A DNA stretch of 14,641 bases. It comes from a bacterium (GTDB lineage: Bacteria > Electryoneota > Electryoneia > Electryoneales > Electryoneaceae). Made by a program: the position numbers and the translations under genes. The DNA is taken from the NCBI GenBank assembly GCA_043801585.1, contig JAZDLX010000127.1, forward strand, positions 1 to 14,641. The letters run 5' to 3'. This document shows positions 1 to 6,933 of the stretch, one piece after another. The notes beneath the pieces were generated by a model, which was not told the origin of the DNA, ran no database searches, and saw only the letters and a list, made by a program, of their open reading frames with translations. Within the stretch, counting starts at the first letter, position 1, and the number at the start of each line of letters is the position of its first letter.

Positions 1-2219
1 GCGAGCGGCCAGGCGATCACATTCGCCAGCAGCACCCACTTCAGCATGTCCCAGCTCAGCATCCAGAGAATGCCGGATTCGTTGGCGCCGAGCACCTTGC
101 GGACGGAGATTTCCCGCCGCCGTTGTTCGGTTGTAAACGTAGTCATGCCGAAAATACCCAGCGCGGCAATGAAGATCGCGAGCACGGAAAACATGGTGGC
201 ATTCGAGGCGAACAGTTCATCGGAACGGTACTGTTTCGAGAAATGGTCATCGAGGAAACGGTAGCCGAAGAGTTGCTGTCCCAGGACCTCCGTGAATATG
301 TCGCGCACACGGTCAACCCCTTCCGGGATACGGCCCGCGGGAAGGCGCACATACACGCGGCTGGAGTACTGCTTGCCCGGGAAGAAGACGATGGGCATCA
401 CCACCTGGCGGGCGGAACCGAAGTTGAAATCCGCAACAATCCCCACCACCGTCCGTAGTCCGGGACCGACTCTGAGCGTCTCTCCAACGAGGTTTTCTTC
501 GCCGGTCATGCGGGCAGCCGTTTCGTTCAGCAACACCGAACGGTCGAAATCAATATCGCTGTCGGTGTAGAAGGAACGTCCCTGGATCACCTTCACCTTG
601 ATGGCATCGAGCCACTCCCCGCGGATATCGTAGAGGTGCGCACCAAATGATTTTTCGGGATCGTAATCACCGGTGGGGTCCACTCCCGTCCAGGGTTTGC
701 TCGGTCCCGGCAGATTGTTCGAACTGCCCGCCGCTGAAATCAACGGATCGTTGTTCAATTGGCGAAGCAGGCTTTCGCGTAAATCCTCTGAGCAGAGTCC
801 GGAAGTTTCGAACAGCATCACCTGCTCGCGGTCGTACCCCATGTTCATCGAGAGCGCGTACCTGATCTGGTCTCTCATGATGAACACCGATGCGATCAGG
901 GCGATGGAAATCGTGAACTGGAGAATGACAAGCGCTCGCCGCAACAGCATCCCCGGCGCACTGGCCCTGAAATCTCCACGCATCACCTCGATGGGTTTGA
1001 AGGAGGTCAGCACGATGGCCGGATAGATGCCGGAGAGGAGACCCACGATCAGCGTGATCGCGAGAAATGAACCGATCATCAGGGGCGATGCGAACAACAG
1101 GCCGCGCAGGTCTTTCCCGATCACCTGCTGTAGAACGGGCAGGAGCAGTTGGACGAGGACCAGGGCGAGCACCGCCGCGATCACGGTCATCAGCAGCGAT
1201 TCACCGAGATAATTCCTGATCAGGTGGCTCCGCGTCGCTCCCAGGGTTTTGCGGAGTCCGACCTCACGAGCCCGTTTCAGCGCACGCGCCGAGGTCAGGT
1301 TGATGAAATTGATCGAGGCGATCAGCAGGATCCCGGCGGCGATGATCGCGAGCACCTTCAGCGTCTGGGGATCGCCGGGGCTCGAGTTGATCCAGTTGAA
1401 TTGCTGGTTACCGGAGTACAGGTGAAGGTCGGTTACCGGCATCAGGGTGGGATACATCCACTCTTCGTCGGTATTCTGAAGCACGAACTCCCGGATATCT
1501 TTTTCCAGCGCCTTTGTGTCCGTGCCCGGACGCAGCCTGACGTAGCTGATAACCCACAGGTTGTTCCAATTTTCAAACCAGTAGACATTATCCGGGTTGG
1601 CATAGATGGGGAGCACCATGCCGAACTGCATGTGAGAACGTTTTGGAGGATCTTCGATGACACCGCCGACAACCGCTTCGCCGAGACCGGCGGCGATGAT
1701 GGGTTTTCCGATGGGGTCCTCGTTGTCGTACAGGATATTGGCGGTGGACCGGGTGAGCAGCACGGATCGTGGAGTGCCAAGGGCGCTCTCCTTCGTCCCC
1801 GCGATGAGCTGATAGTTGAAGACGTTGAGGAATGACGAATCGGCAAACACGGTTTCCACGCTCACGCCCCGGGTGCGGGACAGGGGAAGATCGGCCCGTT
1901 GAACGCTTCGTGGTTCCCATTCCTGCATTCTGACAGCCGCGATGACTTCCGGAAAGACGGACGTCAACCGTGCTGTGAGCGCCCCGGTGGAGGTGGCGCC
2001 CTGTTGACGGAATTCGCCGTCCCAATAACCCCGAGTGTACATCCGGTAAATATTTTCCGAATCGGGAATGGAACGGTCGTAGATAAGATCATCGTACACA
2101 TACAGCGAAATGACCAGTGCTGCGGAAAGGCCGATGGCGAATCCGGCGATGGTGATTATCCAGTAGGATCGATTCCGCAGGATATGGCGGATGGCGAAAC
2201 GCAGGTAGTGGCCGATCAT
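1..2219 (-). CDS. ABC transporter permease, MacB/FtsX family (tandem periplasmic + FtsX domains); 3' end lies outside the window
   Basis: Translated by hand; absent from the ORF track because no stop codon falls in the window. ATG at 2219 with AGGAGG 4 nt upstream. Begins MIGHYLRFAIRHILRNRSYWIITIAGFAIGLSAALVISLYVYDD. Contains ASINFINLTSARALKRAREVGLRKTLGA, LSGIYPA, LVILQFTISIALI and a second TEQRRREISVRKVLGA. The frame is still open at base 1 (...LANVIAWPL). Confidence 0.93.
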   Translation of the reverse strand, partial: MIGHYLRFAIRHILRNRSYWIITIAGFAIGLSAALVISLYVYDDLIYDRSIPDSENIYRMYTRGYWDGEFRQQGATSTGALTARLTSVFPEVIAAVRMQEWEPRSVQRADLPLSRTRGVSVETVFADSSFLNVFNYQLIAGTKESALGTPRSVLLTRSTANILYDNEDPIGKPIIAAGLGEAVVGGVIEDPPKRSHMQFGMVLPIYANPDNVYWFENWNNLWVISYVRLRPGTDTKALEKDIREFVLQNTDEEWMYPTLMPVTDLHLYSGNQQFNWINSSPGDPQTLKVLAIIAAGILLIASINFINLTSARALKRAREVGLRKTLGATRSHLIRNYLGESLLMTVIAAVLALVLVQLLLPVLQQVIGKDLRGLLFASPLMIGSFLAITLIVGLLSGIYPAIVLTSFKPIEVMRGDFRASAPGMLLRRALVILQFTISIALIASVFIMRDQIRYALSMNMGYDREQVMLFETSGLCSEDLRESLLRQLNNDPLISAAGSSNNLPGPSKPWTGVDPTGDYDPEKSFGAHLYDIRGEWLDAIKVKVIQGRSFYTDSDIDFDRSVLLNETAARMTGEENLVGETLRVGPGLRTVVGIVADFNFGSARQVVMPIVFFPGKQYSSRVYVRLPAGRIPEGVDRVRDIFTEVLGQQLFGYRFLDDHFSKQYRSDELFASNATMFSVLAIFIAALGIFGMTTFTTEQRRREISVRKVLGANESGILWMLSWDMLKWVLLANVIAWPL

Positions 2220-2267
2220 ACGGCCTCCTGTTGCGGAGCAACAAACCGGCTGTGAACAAGTTACAAA

Positions 2268-2294
2268 GGACCGCAGCAATCAATCCTGCGGTCC
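2268..2294 (-). terminator. 9-bp GC-rich hairpin between the DUF4097 gene and the permease; weak terminator or stabilising stem-loop
   Basis: Perfect inverted repeat GGACCGCAG-N9-CTGCGGTCC. On the - strand it is followed only by TTTGTAACTT, a short U tract. Confidence 0.4.
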
Positions 2295-2331
2295 AAAGAG
2301 TATTTCCCGGGAAAGGGAGACAATCGAACGT

Positions 2332-3210
2332 CTATTTCTTCCGAAGGTTGATCCTGCCGTCGTTCACACGAAGATCCACACGCGCCTTGCCTCCCGGAAG
2401 AGACCAGAGAAGGTAGTGATCGTCGCGGTCCATCTCTTTGAATGCGCCCGAGGCACGGGCATGACCATCGTCAAAATCGGCGTTGAACTCGCCACCGCCG
2501 TCGAGCACCTCAAAGAGCAGCTCGCCGTCATCCCCATGGAGACGATAACGTCCGTCGTCGAAAATTTTTGTCGCGATTTCAATTTCCCCATCACCGACAC
2601 GGCCCATGATCTCCTTGAACGCCCCATTGGTGACGTAGACCGAGCCGTCATCAATGGTTACATCAAGAGTGCCTTGGCCGCCGTCGAGTTCAATCGTGCC
2701 GTCGTCCGCTTCCAGTTCAAACAGTTTGCCGGACATCCGCTCGAGCATCGCACGGCCGTCCGACATGCTTAGCGAGACATCGCCTGAAATATCACGGATG
2801 CGGATGTTATCATCGTCGAATCTGAGCCGCAGATTGACCGTGCTCGGGGCTTCGATATTGATGACGTAATGCTCGTTCCACCGAATGATCCCGACAGAAG
2901 TGATCTGCACCTCTTCGTCGCGGATTCGAAGATTCCCATTCTCTTCGGTTACCTCGAGACCAAAGGGTGTATTCCTCCAGTTTTTTCCAAAACCGGAGAT
3001 GTCGAGGCGATATTCGACGAAGACATGGACATCCTTGCGATCGCTTCCGACAATCGTAACTTCGGCGTCATTGCTGGTGAGGTAGATCGTCCCATTCGGG
3101 TCAATGGAGTAGGATTTGTCCAGATCGAACTTTTCCTCATCTTTCGCCTGGGCCATGCCAGTGGCCAACAGCAGCGTAAAACCAGCGATTACAAGGGTAT
3201 GCATTCTCAT
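2332..3210 (-). CDS. Secreted DUF4097 / putative adhesin-type beta-strand repeat protein (292 aa)
   Basis: Start reassigned from 3237 to ATG 3210, which has GAGGAG 7 nt upstream. Signal peptide MRMHTLVIAGFTLLLATGMAQA. Repeated DDG/GDG-x-hydrophobic units (ADDGTI, IDDGSV, VGDGEI, GDDGEL, FDDGHA, VNDGRINL) typical of this family. Family assignment is by recognition only. Confidence 0.8.
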   Translation of the reverse strand: MRMHTLVIAGFTLLLATGMAQAKDEEKFDLDKSYSIDPNGTIYLTSNDAEVTIVGSDRKDVHVFVEYRLDISGFGKNWRNTPFGLEVTEENGNLRIRDEEVQITSVGIIRWNEHYVINIEAPSTVNLRLRFDDDNIRIRDISGDVSLSMSDGRAMLERMSGKLFELEADDGTIELDGGQGTLDVTIDDGSVYVTNGAFKEIMGRVGDGEIEIATKIFDDGRYRLHGDDGELLFEVLDGGGEFNADFDDGHARASGAFKEMDRDDHYLLWSLPGGKARVDLRVNDGRINLRKK

Positions 3211-3237
3211 AAGAAATCTCCTCGCGTTGTCATCCAA

Positions 3238-3266
3238 TAGGACCGCCGAAGAGGCGAAAAGGTTAC
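3238..3266 (-). promoter_or_regulatory. Candidate ECF-sigma promoter for the DUF4097 gene
   Basis: The - strand reads GTAACC-N16-GGTCCTA, with a T tract right after the -35 element (AAC...GTC pattern). It ends 27 nt before ATG 3210. Confidence 0.4.
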
Positions 3267-3414
3267 TGGGATAATCCTGGAGAATTTCTGCCCTGACTGG
3301 ACATAACGGAGCGAATCACCGCTCGCGAAGAAGCCTTTTCGTTTGTATACTTATGTCAAGTCAGCACCTGAAAACCAAACACTTAACCGGCATCTTCAAG
3401 ATAAAGGTAATGTG

Positions 3415-3825
3415 ATGGCGAAAGCCGTGGCCACTGGGGGCCGAGACTGGCAGGCGGCGGTTGTCTGGGCTGCATTTCTCAGCCTTCTTTCGTCCATTCC
3501 CGCCAAGGATCTGGAATTCATTCCTCCCATCTGGGGCTGGGACAAGGTTGCCCACATGGTTTTGTACGGCATTCTGGGAGTGCTGGTTTTTCGATCGGTG
3601 GGATTTCGGCGCGGGGCGTTTGGGCTTGCGATCATTCTCTGCGTAGCTTACGGCCTGCTCGATGAATTCCATCAGCATTTCATCCCCGGCCGCACGCCCT
3701 CCTTCGCGGATCTCACGGCGGACACGGTTGGGGCTTTCGCCGGGGTGATCGTCGCACGCAAGCGTGTTCCCGGTTCGTCGAACAGGGAAAAACGTCCACG
3801 ATCCGAGTCGTTGTCGAAACAATAA
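3415..3825 (+). CDS. VanZ family membrane protein (136 aa)
   Basis: Motifs WDKVAHMVLYGILG and YGLLDEFHQHFIPGRTPSFADLTADTVG, with hydrophobic segments. ATG 3415 (or GTG 3412) is preceded by AAAGGT. Confidence 0.88.
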   Translation: MAKAVATGGRDWQAAVVWAAFLSLLSSIPAKDLEFIPPIWGWDKVAHMVLYGILGVLVFRSVGFRRGAFGLAIILCVAYGLLDEFHQHFIPGRTPSFADLTADTVGAFAGVIVARKRVPGSSNREKRPRSESLSKQ

Positions 3826-3852
3826 ACGTAGTATCTCCTGAAAGGGATTTTC

Positions 3853-4350
3853 ATGGTTAACAAGGTGATACTCATTGGGAACCTCGGAAAAGATCCCGAG
3901 ATGACCTATACGCCTTCTGGGGTCGCGGTGACCAAGGTCAGCCTTGCCACGACCGAGCGGTGGACCTCCAAGGACGGACAGAAACAGGAACAGACAGAGT
4001 GGCATAACCTCGTTTTCTGGCGCCGTCAGGCGGAGGTGGCCAATCAATACCTGCGCAAAGGGTCGCGGATCTACCTTGAAGGGCGGCTCAAGTACCGTCA
4101 GTGGGAAGGACAGGACGGTCAGACGCGTTACGCGACGGACATTGAAGTACAGAATTTTCAATTTCTGAGTCCTCGAGGGGAGATCGGCGCAGGCGAGGTC
4201 AAAAGTGGGCAGGGTGCGAGCCGCAGTGCCGGTCAATCTCCGGGAGGCGGACAGAAAACCGAGCCGGGCGATACCCATTACGAACCTGATAACCCGAACG
4301 ATGGACGCGACAATTTCGGAAGCGGCGACGACAGCGATTTGCCGTTTTAG
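3853..4350 (+). CDS. ssb: Single-stranded DNA-binding protein
   Basis: OB fold MVNKVILIGNLGKDPE...TEWH...YLRKGSRIYLEGRL, a Gly/Ser-rich linker and an acidic C-terminal tip DDSDLPF. AAAGGGA lies upstream. Confidence 0.98.
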   Translation: MVNKVILIGNLGKDPEMTYTPSGVAVTKVSLATTERWTSKDGQKQEQTEWHNLVFWRRQAEVANQYLRKGSRIYLEGRLKYRQWEGQDGQTRYATDIEVQNFQFLSPRGEIGAGEVKSGQGASRSAGQSPGGGQKTEPGDTHYEPDNPNDGRDNFGSGDDSDLPF

Positions 4351-4389
4351 AAACGCGACTCCGGACAAAAGGTGAAGAGAATTGTGGAT

Positions 4390-4419
4390 TTGCGCAGGAC
4401 ACAAAGTTGAGTGTAGGTT
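4390..4419 (+). promoter_or_regulatory. Possible sigma70-type promoter for the S9 peptidase
   Basis: TTGCGC-N18-TAGGTT in the ssb-peptidase gap; only a partial consensus match. Confidence 0.25.
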
Positions 4420-4534
4420 TATGAAGGGTCCGCCGAGAGTCGCATGGAGGGGTGCGGCTTCCGATTGTGCCCGCATGAGCCGGCCGATATCCTGCGAAGT
4501 GCGTCTTCGCCGGCGTAGGAGCTCAGCGACCACG

Positions 4535-6511
4535 ATGAACACGCAGTCCAGAGGCTTTCTGCCGCGTCTTGCATTGCTGCTTCTGTTATCGCTGTCCGCA
4601 GCAGCATGCAGTATTCCCGAGCCCATTCTTCCACGCGAAACCCTGTTCAAACCGTTTACATACTCCGCGCCGTCAGTTTCACCGGATGGTAAACACGTTG
4701 TCTATGCGAAGCTGGACAACGGCGTGCGCAATCTCTACATCCGCACGGTTGGCATCAATGACGACACTCCCCTGACGAACCTGGCCGAAAGCGTTGACAA
4801 CTTTTTCTGGACGCGAAACAGCGAGATGGTCGTTTATATCCAGAGCAACGTGAGCGGAGCCAAGGGATTTTTCGTCATCGACATCACCACGAATGAGACC
4901 CGGTCACTGCTGTCCGGAGATCAAGCGATCCCGGAGGATGTGTCATTGGAAGTCACCGGTGTGTCGCTGGAGCGGCCGGATGAAATCGCCTTGTCGATGA
5001 ATGCCCGTGACCCAAGTGTTTTTGACCTTCACCTTCTCAATATTCGGACGGGAGCTTTGCGGCTCATCGCCCAGGGAAAGTCAAACCTTTTGCGCTGGTA
5101 TGTCAGCCCCACGCTTGAACTGCAAGGATACCTTCTCAGCGAACCGGATGGAGGGCAATCCTTCTGGAGGTATCAGAACGGCAAATTCAAACGAGAACTT
5201 ACCTGGACGTTGCTCGATGATTCTTCATGGCCTGCCGAATTTTCGCAGGATGGCCGAACCTGCCTGCTGCTGGACAGTCGGGGAGCACCCACGGTCGGCC
5301 TTGTCCGCTACAATCTCGAGACCGGGGATACAACCGTTCTGGCGCGTGATCCGAATTTCGATATCCGCCGTCTGCTGATCGATCCCACGGATGACACCGT
5401 GGAAGCCGTCTATATCGAGGGAGATACTTCCCACTGGCTGGTCGTGAACGAAAAGATGATCCCACATCTGGAATTCCTGCAAAAGAAACTCGGACGGAAG
5501 CAGGTGCTGATCCAAAACCGGTCGACGGATCGGTCGGTCTGGGTGGTCGGGAAAGTGTCCGATGTCGCTCCTCCGGTGTATTACCTCTATTACGCCAACG
5601 AAATGCGGCTTGAAGAGTTGTATTCAGCCTCCAATGGACTGAAAAAGAAATCTTTCGCCCGGATGAAGTCCATCCAGTTCACGACGCGGGATGGCAGGAT
5701 CATCAAGGGATATCTGACGACTCCACGCAGAGGCAGCGGACCGTGGCCGACAGTCGTCCTCGTTCACGGAGGGCCTTGGACGCGAGATATCTGGGGATTC
5801 AACCCGGAAGTGCAGTGGCTTGCCAACCGGGGGTATGCTGTTCTCCAGGTGAATTTCCGTGGATCGCAGGGATACGGCAAAGACTTCTTGAACGCCGGCA
5901 ACCGGCAGTGGGGCCGGGCGATGCAATCGGATCTGGCGGATGGCTCGGCCTGGGCGATCGAGTCCGGTGTTGCAAAACGTGGTTCTATTGTGATTTTCGG
6001 CGGGTCATTCGGAGGGTACTCCGCGGTGAGCGGGGCCATCTTTACCCCGGAGACCTACGTCGCCGCAGTTGCGGTGAATCCGTTTCTCGATCTGATCGAC
6101 TATCTCTCCACCATTCCCCCCACTTGGGAGGCCTACCGTACCAACCTGGATCAACGGGTTGGCCGCATTCCGCGCTATGAGTCTGGACTGCGTGAAGGCC
6201 AAGTCAAGGATTCGACAGACTGGAACGCTGCGGATCGAAGTGAAATCGATCAGCTGCGGCTGGTTTCCCCCTACTACCACCCCGAGAAGGTCTCCATCCC
6301 CCTGTTGATCGTACAGGGAAAACGGGACGTGCTGGCGAGACCTGAGGTGACGAAGAGATTTGTCGAGATGCTGAAAGAGTCAGGGAAAAACGTGGACCTG
6401 GTCTGGTACGACGATTCGGGACACTGGCTTCAGACAAAAGACAGGGTGGATTTCTACTTCCGTGCGGAACTGTTTCTCGCCAGTTACCTGGGCGGTCGAG
6501 TGGAGAAATAG
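4535..6511 (+). CDS. S9 family serine peptidase (dipeptidyl/acylaminoacyl peptidase-like), probable lipoprotein (658 aa)
   Basis: Beta-propeller start SVSPDGK, then VLVHGGPWTRD, ANRGYAVLQVNFRGSQGYG, nucleophile GGSFGG (Ser 6005-6007), Asp 6326-6328 and His 6422-6424. Start set at ATG 4535 because a signal peptide (MNTQSRGFLPRLALLLLLSLSAAAC) follows directly. AGGAG at 4517-4521. Confidence 0.93.
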   Translation: MNTQSRGFLPRLALLLLLSLSAAACSIPEPILPRETLFKPFTYSAPSVSPDGKHVVYAKLDNGVRNLYIRTVGINDDTPLTNLAESVDNFFWTRNSEMVVYIQSNVSGAKGFFVIDITTNETRSLLSGDQAIPEDVSLEVTGVSLERPDEIALSMNARDPSVFDLHLLNIRTGALRLIAQGKSNLLRWYVSPTLELQGYLLSEPDGGQSFWRYQNGKFKRELTWTLLDDSSWPAEFSQDGRTCLLLDSRGAPTVGLVRYNLETGDTTVLARDPNFDIRRLLIDPTDDTVEAVYIEGDTSHWLVVNEKMIPHLEFLQKKLGRKQVLIQNRSTDRSVWVVGKVSDVAPPVYYLYYANEMRLEELYSASNGLKKKSFARMKSIQFTTRDGRIIKGYLTTPRRGSGPWPTVVLVHGGPWTRDIWGFNPEVQWLANRGYAVLQVNFRGSQGYGKDFLNAGNRQWGRAMQSDLADGSAWAIESGVAKRGSIVIFGGSFGGYSAVSGAIFTPETYVAAVAVNPFLDLIDYLSTIPPTWEAYRTNLDQRVGRIPRYESGLREGQVKDSTDWNAADRSEIDQLRLVSPYYHPEKVSIPLLIVQGKRDVLARPEVTKRFVEMLKESGKNVDLVWYDDSGHWLQTKDRVDFYFRAELFLASYLGGRVEK

Positions 6512-6538
6512 AAAGCACCGATCAGGATTGAGAATAGA

Positions 6539-6570
6539 ACCCCGGTGTGATGAACGCCGGGGTCTTTTTT
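6539..6570 (+). terminator. Rho-independent terminator after the S9 peptidase
   Basis: ACCCCGGTGT-gatga-ACGCCGGGGT, a 10-bp stem with one G-U pair, followed by CTTTTTT, 27 nt after the stop codon. Confidence 0.85.
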
Positions 6571-6572
6571 AC

Positions 6573-6625
6573 GAGCAATCAGGGACAGTCCCCAAATTCT
6601 TTTCAGGGACGGTCCCTGATTGCTC
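6573..6625. repeat. 20-bp inverted repeat whose arms are themselves palindromic (GGGAC-N-GTCCC); REP/MITE-like
   Basis: GAGCAATCAGGGACAGTCCC (6573-6592) and GGGACGGTCCCTGATTGCTC (6606-6625) are 19/20 complementary with a 13-nt AT-rich spacer. Confidence 0.75.
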
Positions 6626-6638
6626 TCAACGGATGGTT

Positions 6639-6692
6639 CCGTCAGGTCTCCGCTTTCCCGACGGCTCGGGACAGGCGCTGATGACCTGACGG
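6639..6692. repeat. Nested hairpin, REP-like
   Basis: Perfect 10-bp outer stem CCGTCAGGTC/GACCTGACGG enclosing an inner stem TCCCGA-cggc-TCGGGA (6656-6671). Confidence 0.65.
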
Positions 6693-6720
6693 GTCACTCA
6701 ACCTTGTCGAATAAACTCAT

Positions 6721-6746
6721 GGATCCTTCACTTCGTTCAGGATGAC
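6721..6746. repeat. Single unit resembling GTCATCCTGA-type intergenic palindromic repeats
   Basis: GGATCCTTCACTTCGTTCAGGATGAC (reverse complement GTCATCCTGAACGAAGTGAAGGATCC), an imperfect ATCCT...AGGAT hairpin. The family resemblance is from recall; there is only one copy in the window. Confidence 0.5.
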
Positions 6747-6762
6747 TTCATAGCGGACAGTA

Positions 6763-6901
6763 CTGGCCTTGCTACCCTGTGGCGGAATCAGCGGGACCAA
6801 TTGCAGTTGTGCAGGCCGGGTTTCTGCTATTTAGGTATTCCATCAAATCCCAAGCGGAATGGTGACTTGAAGGAAACATCGTGGCTGGCCGTGCCACCCT
6901 G
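6763..6901. repeat. Two copies of a 17-bp direct repeat, 122 bp apart
   Basis: CTGGCCTTGCTACCCTG (6763-6779) and CTGGCCGTGCCACCCTG (6885-6901), 15/17 identical. Confidence 0.65.
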
Positions 6902-6933
6902 ATGCGCGCGGTTTGGGATGGTACGCCGCTTGC

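Noticed and set aside
2236..2264. Second ECF-like -35 element (GTAACT) upstream of the permease
   Set aside because: No GTC-type -10 element at the expected spacing.
46..2283. Many short ORFs that make the left end look fragmented or pseudogenised
   Set aside because: A single - strand frame from 2219 to the window edge reads as a coherent permease. The track missed it only because the stop codon is outside the window.
3331..3359. Perfect TTGACA on the - strand (3354-3359) and TATACT on the + strand (3346-3351)
   Set aside because: Neither has a convincing partner element at 16-18 bp spacing, so no promoter was called.
3415..3825. Glycopeptide resistance locus suggested by the VanZ domain
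   Set aside because: VanZ-like proteins are widespread and no other van genes are present.
4382..4534. 51-aa N-terminal extension of the S9 peptidase from TTG 4382
   Set aside because: It would bury the signal peptide that begins at ATG 4535. The longer starts at 3237, 3343 and 12620 were similarly dropped in favour of RBS-supported ATGs.
3361..4650. 429-aa - strand ORF spanning vanZ, ssb and the peptidase start
   Set aside because: Antisense to three well-supported genes, with no recognisable motifs; a shadow ORF expected in GC-rich DNA.
6772..6879. 35-codon - strand ORF MFPSSHHSAWDLMEYLNSRNPACTTAIGPADSATG
   Set aside because: No RBS or recognisable feature, and it ends inside a repeat; its length is expected by chance.
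6512..6933. CRISPR array, tRNA or SRP RNA in the intergenic gap
   Set aside because: No regularly spaced 23-47 bp repeats, no T-loop or cloverleaf, and GTCAGGTC at 6641 lacks the following CGGAAGGAAGCAGC of SRP helix 8.
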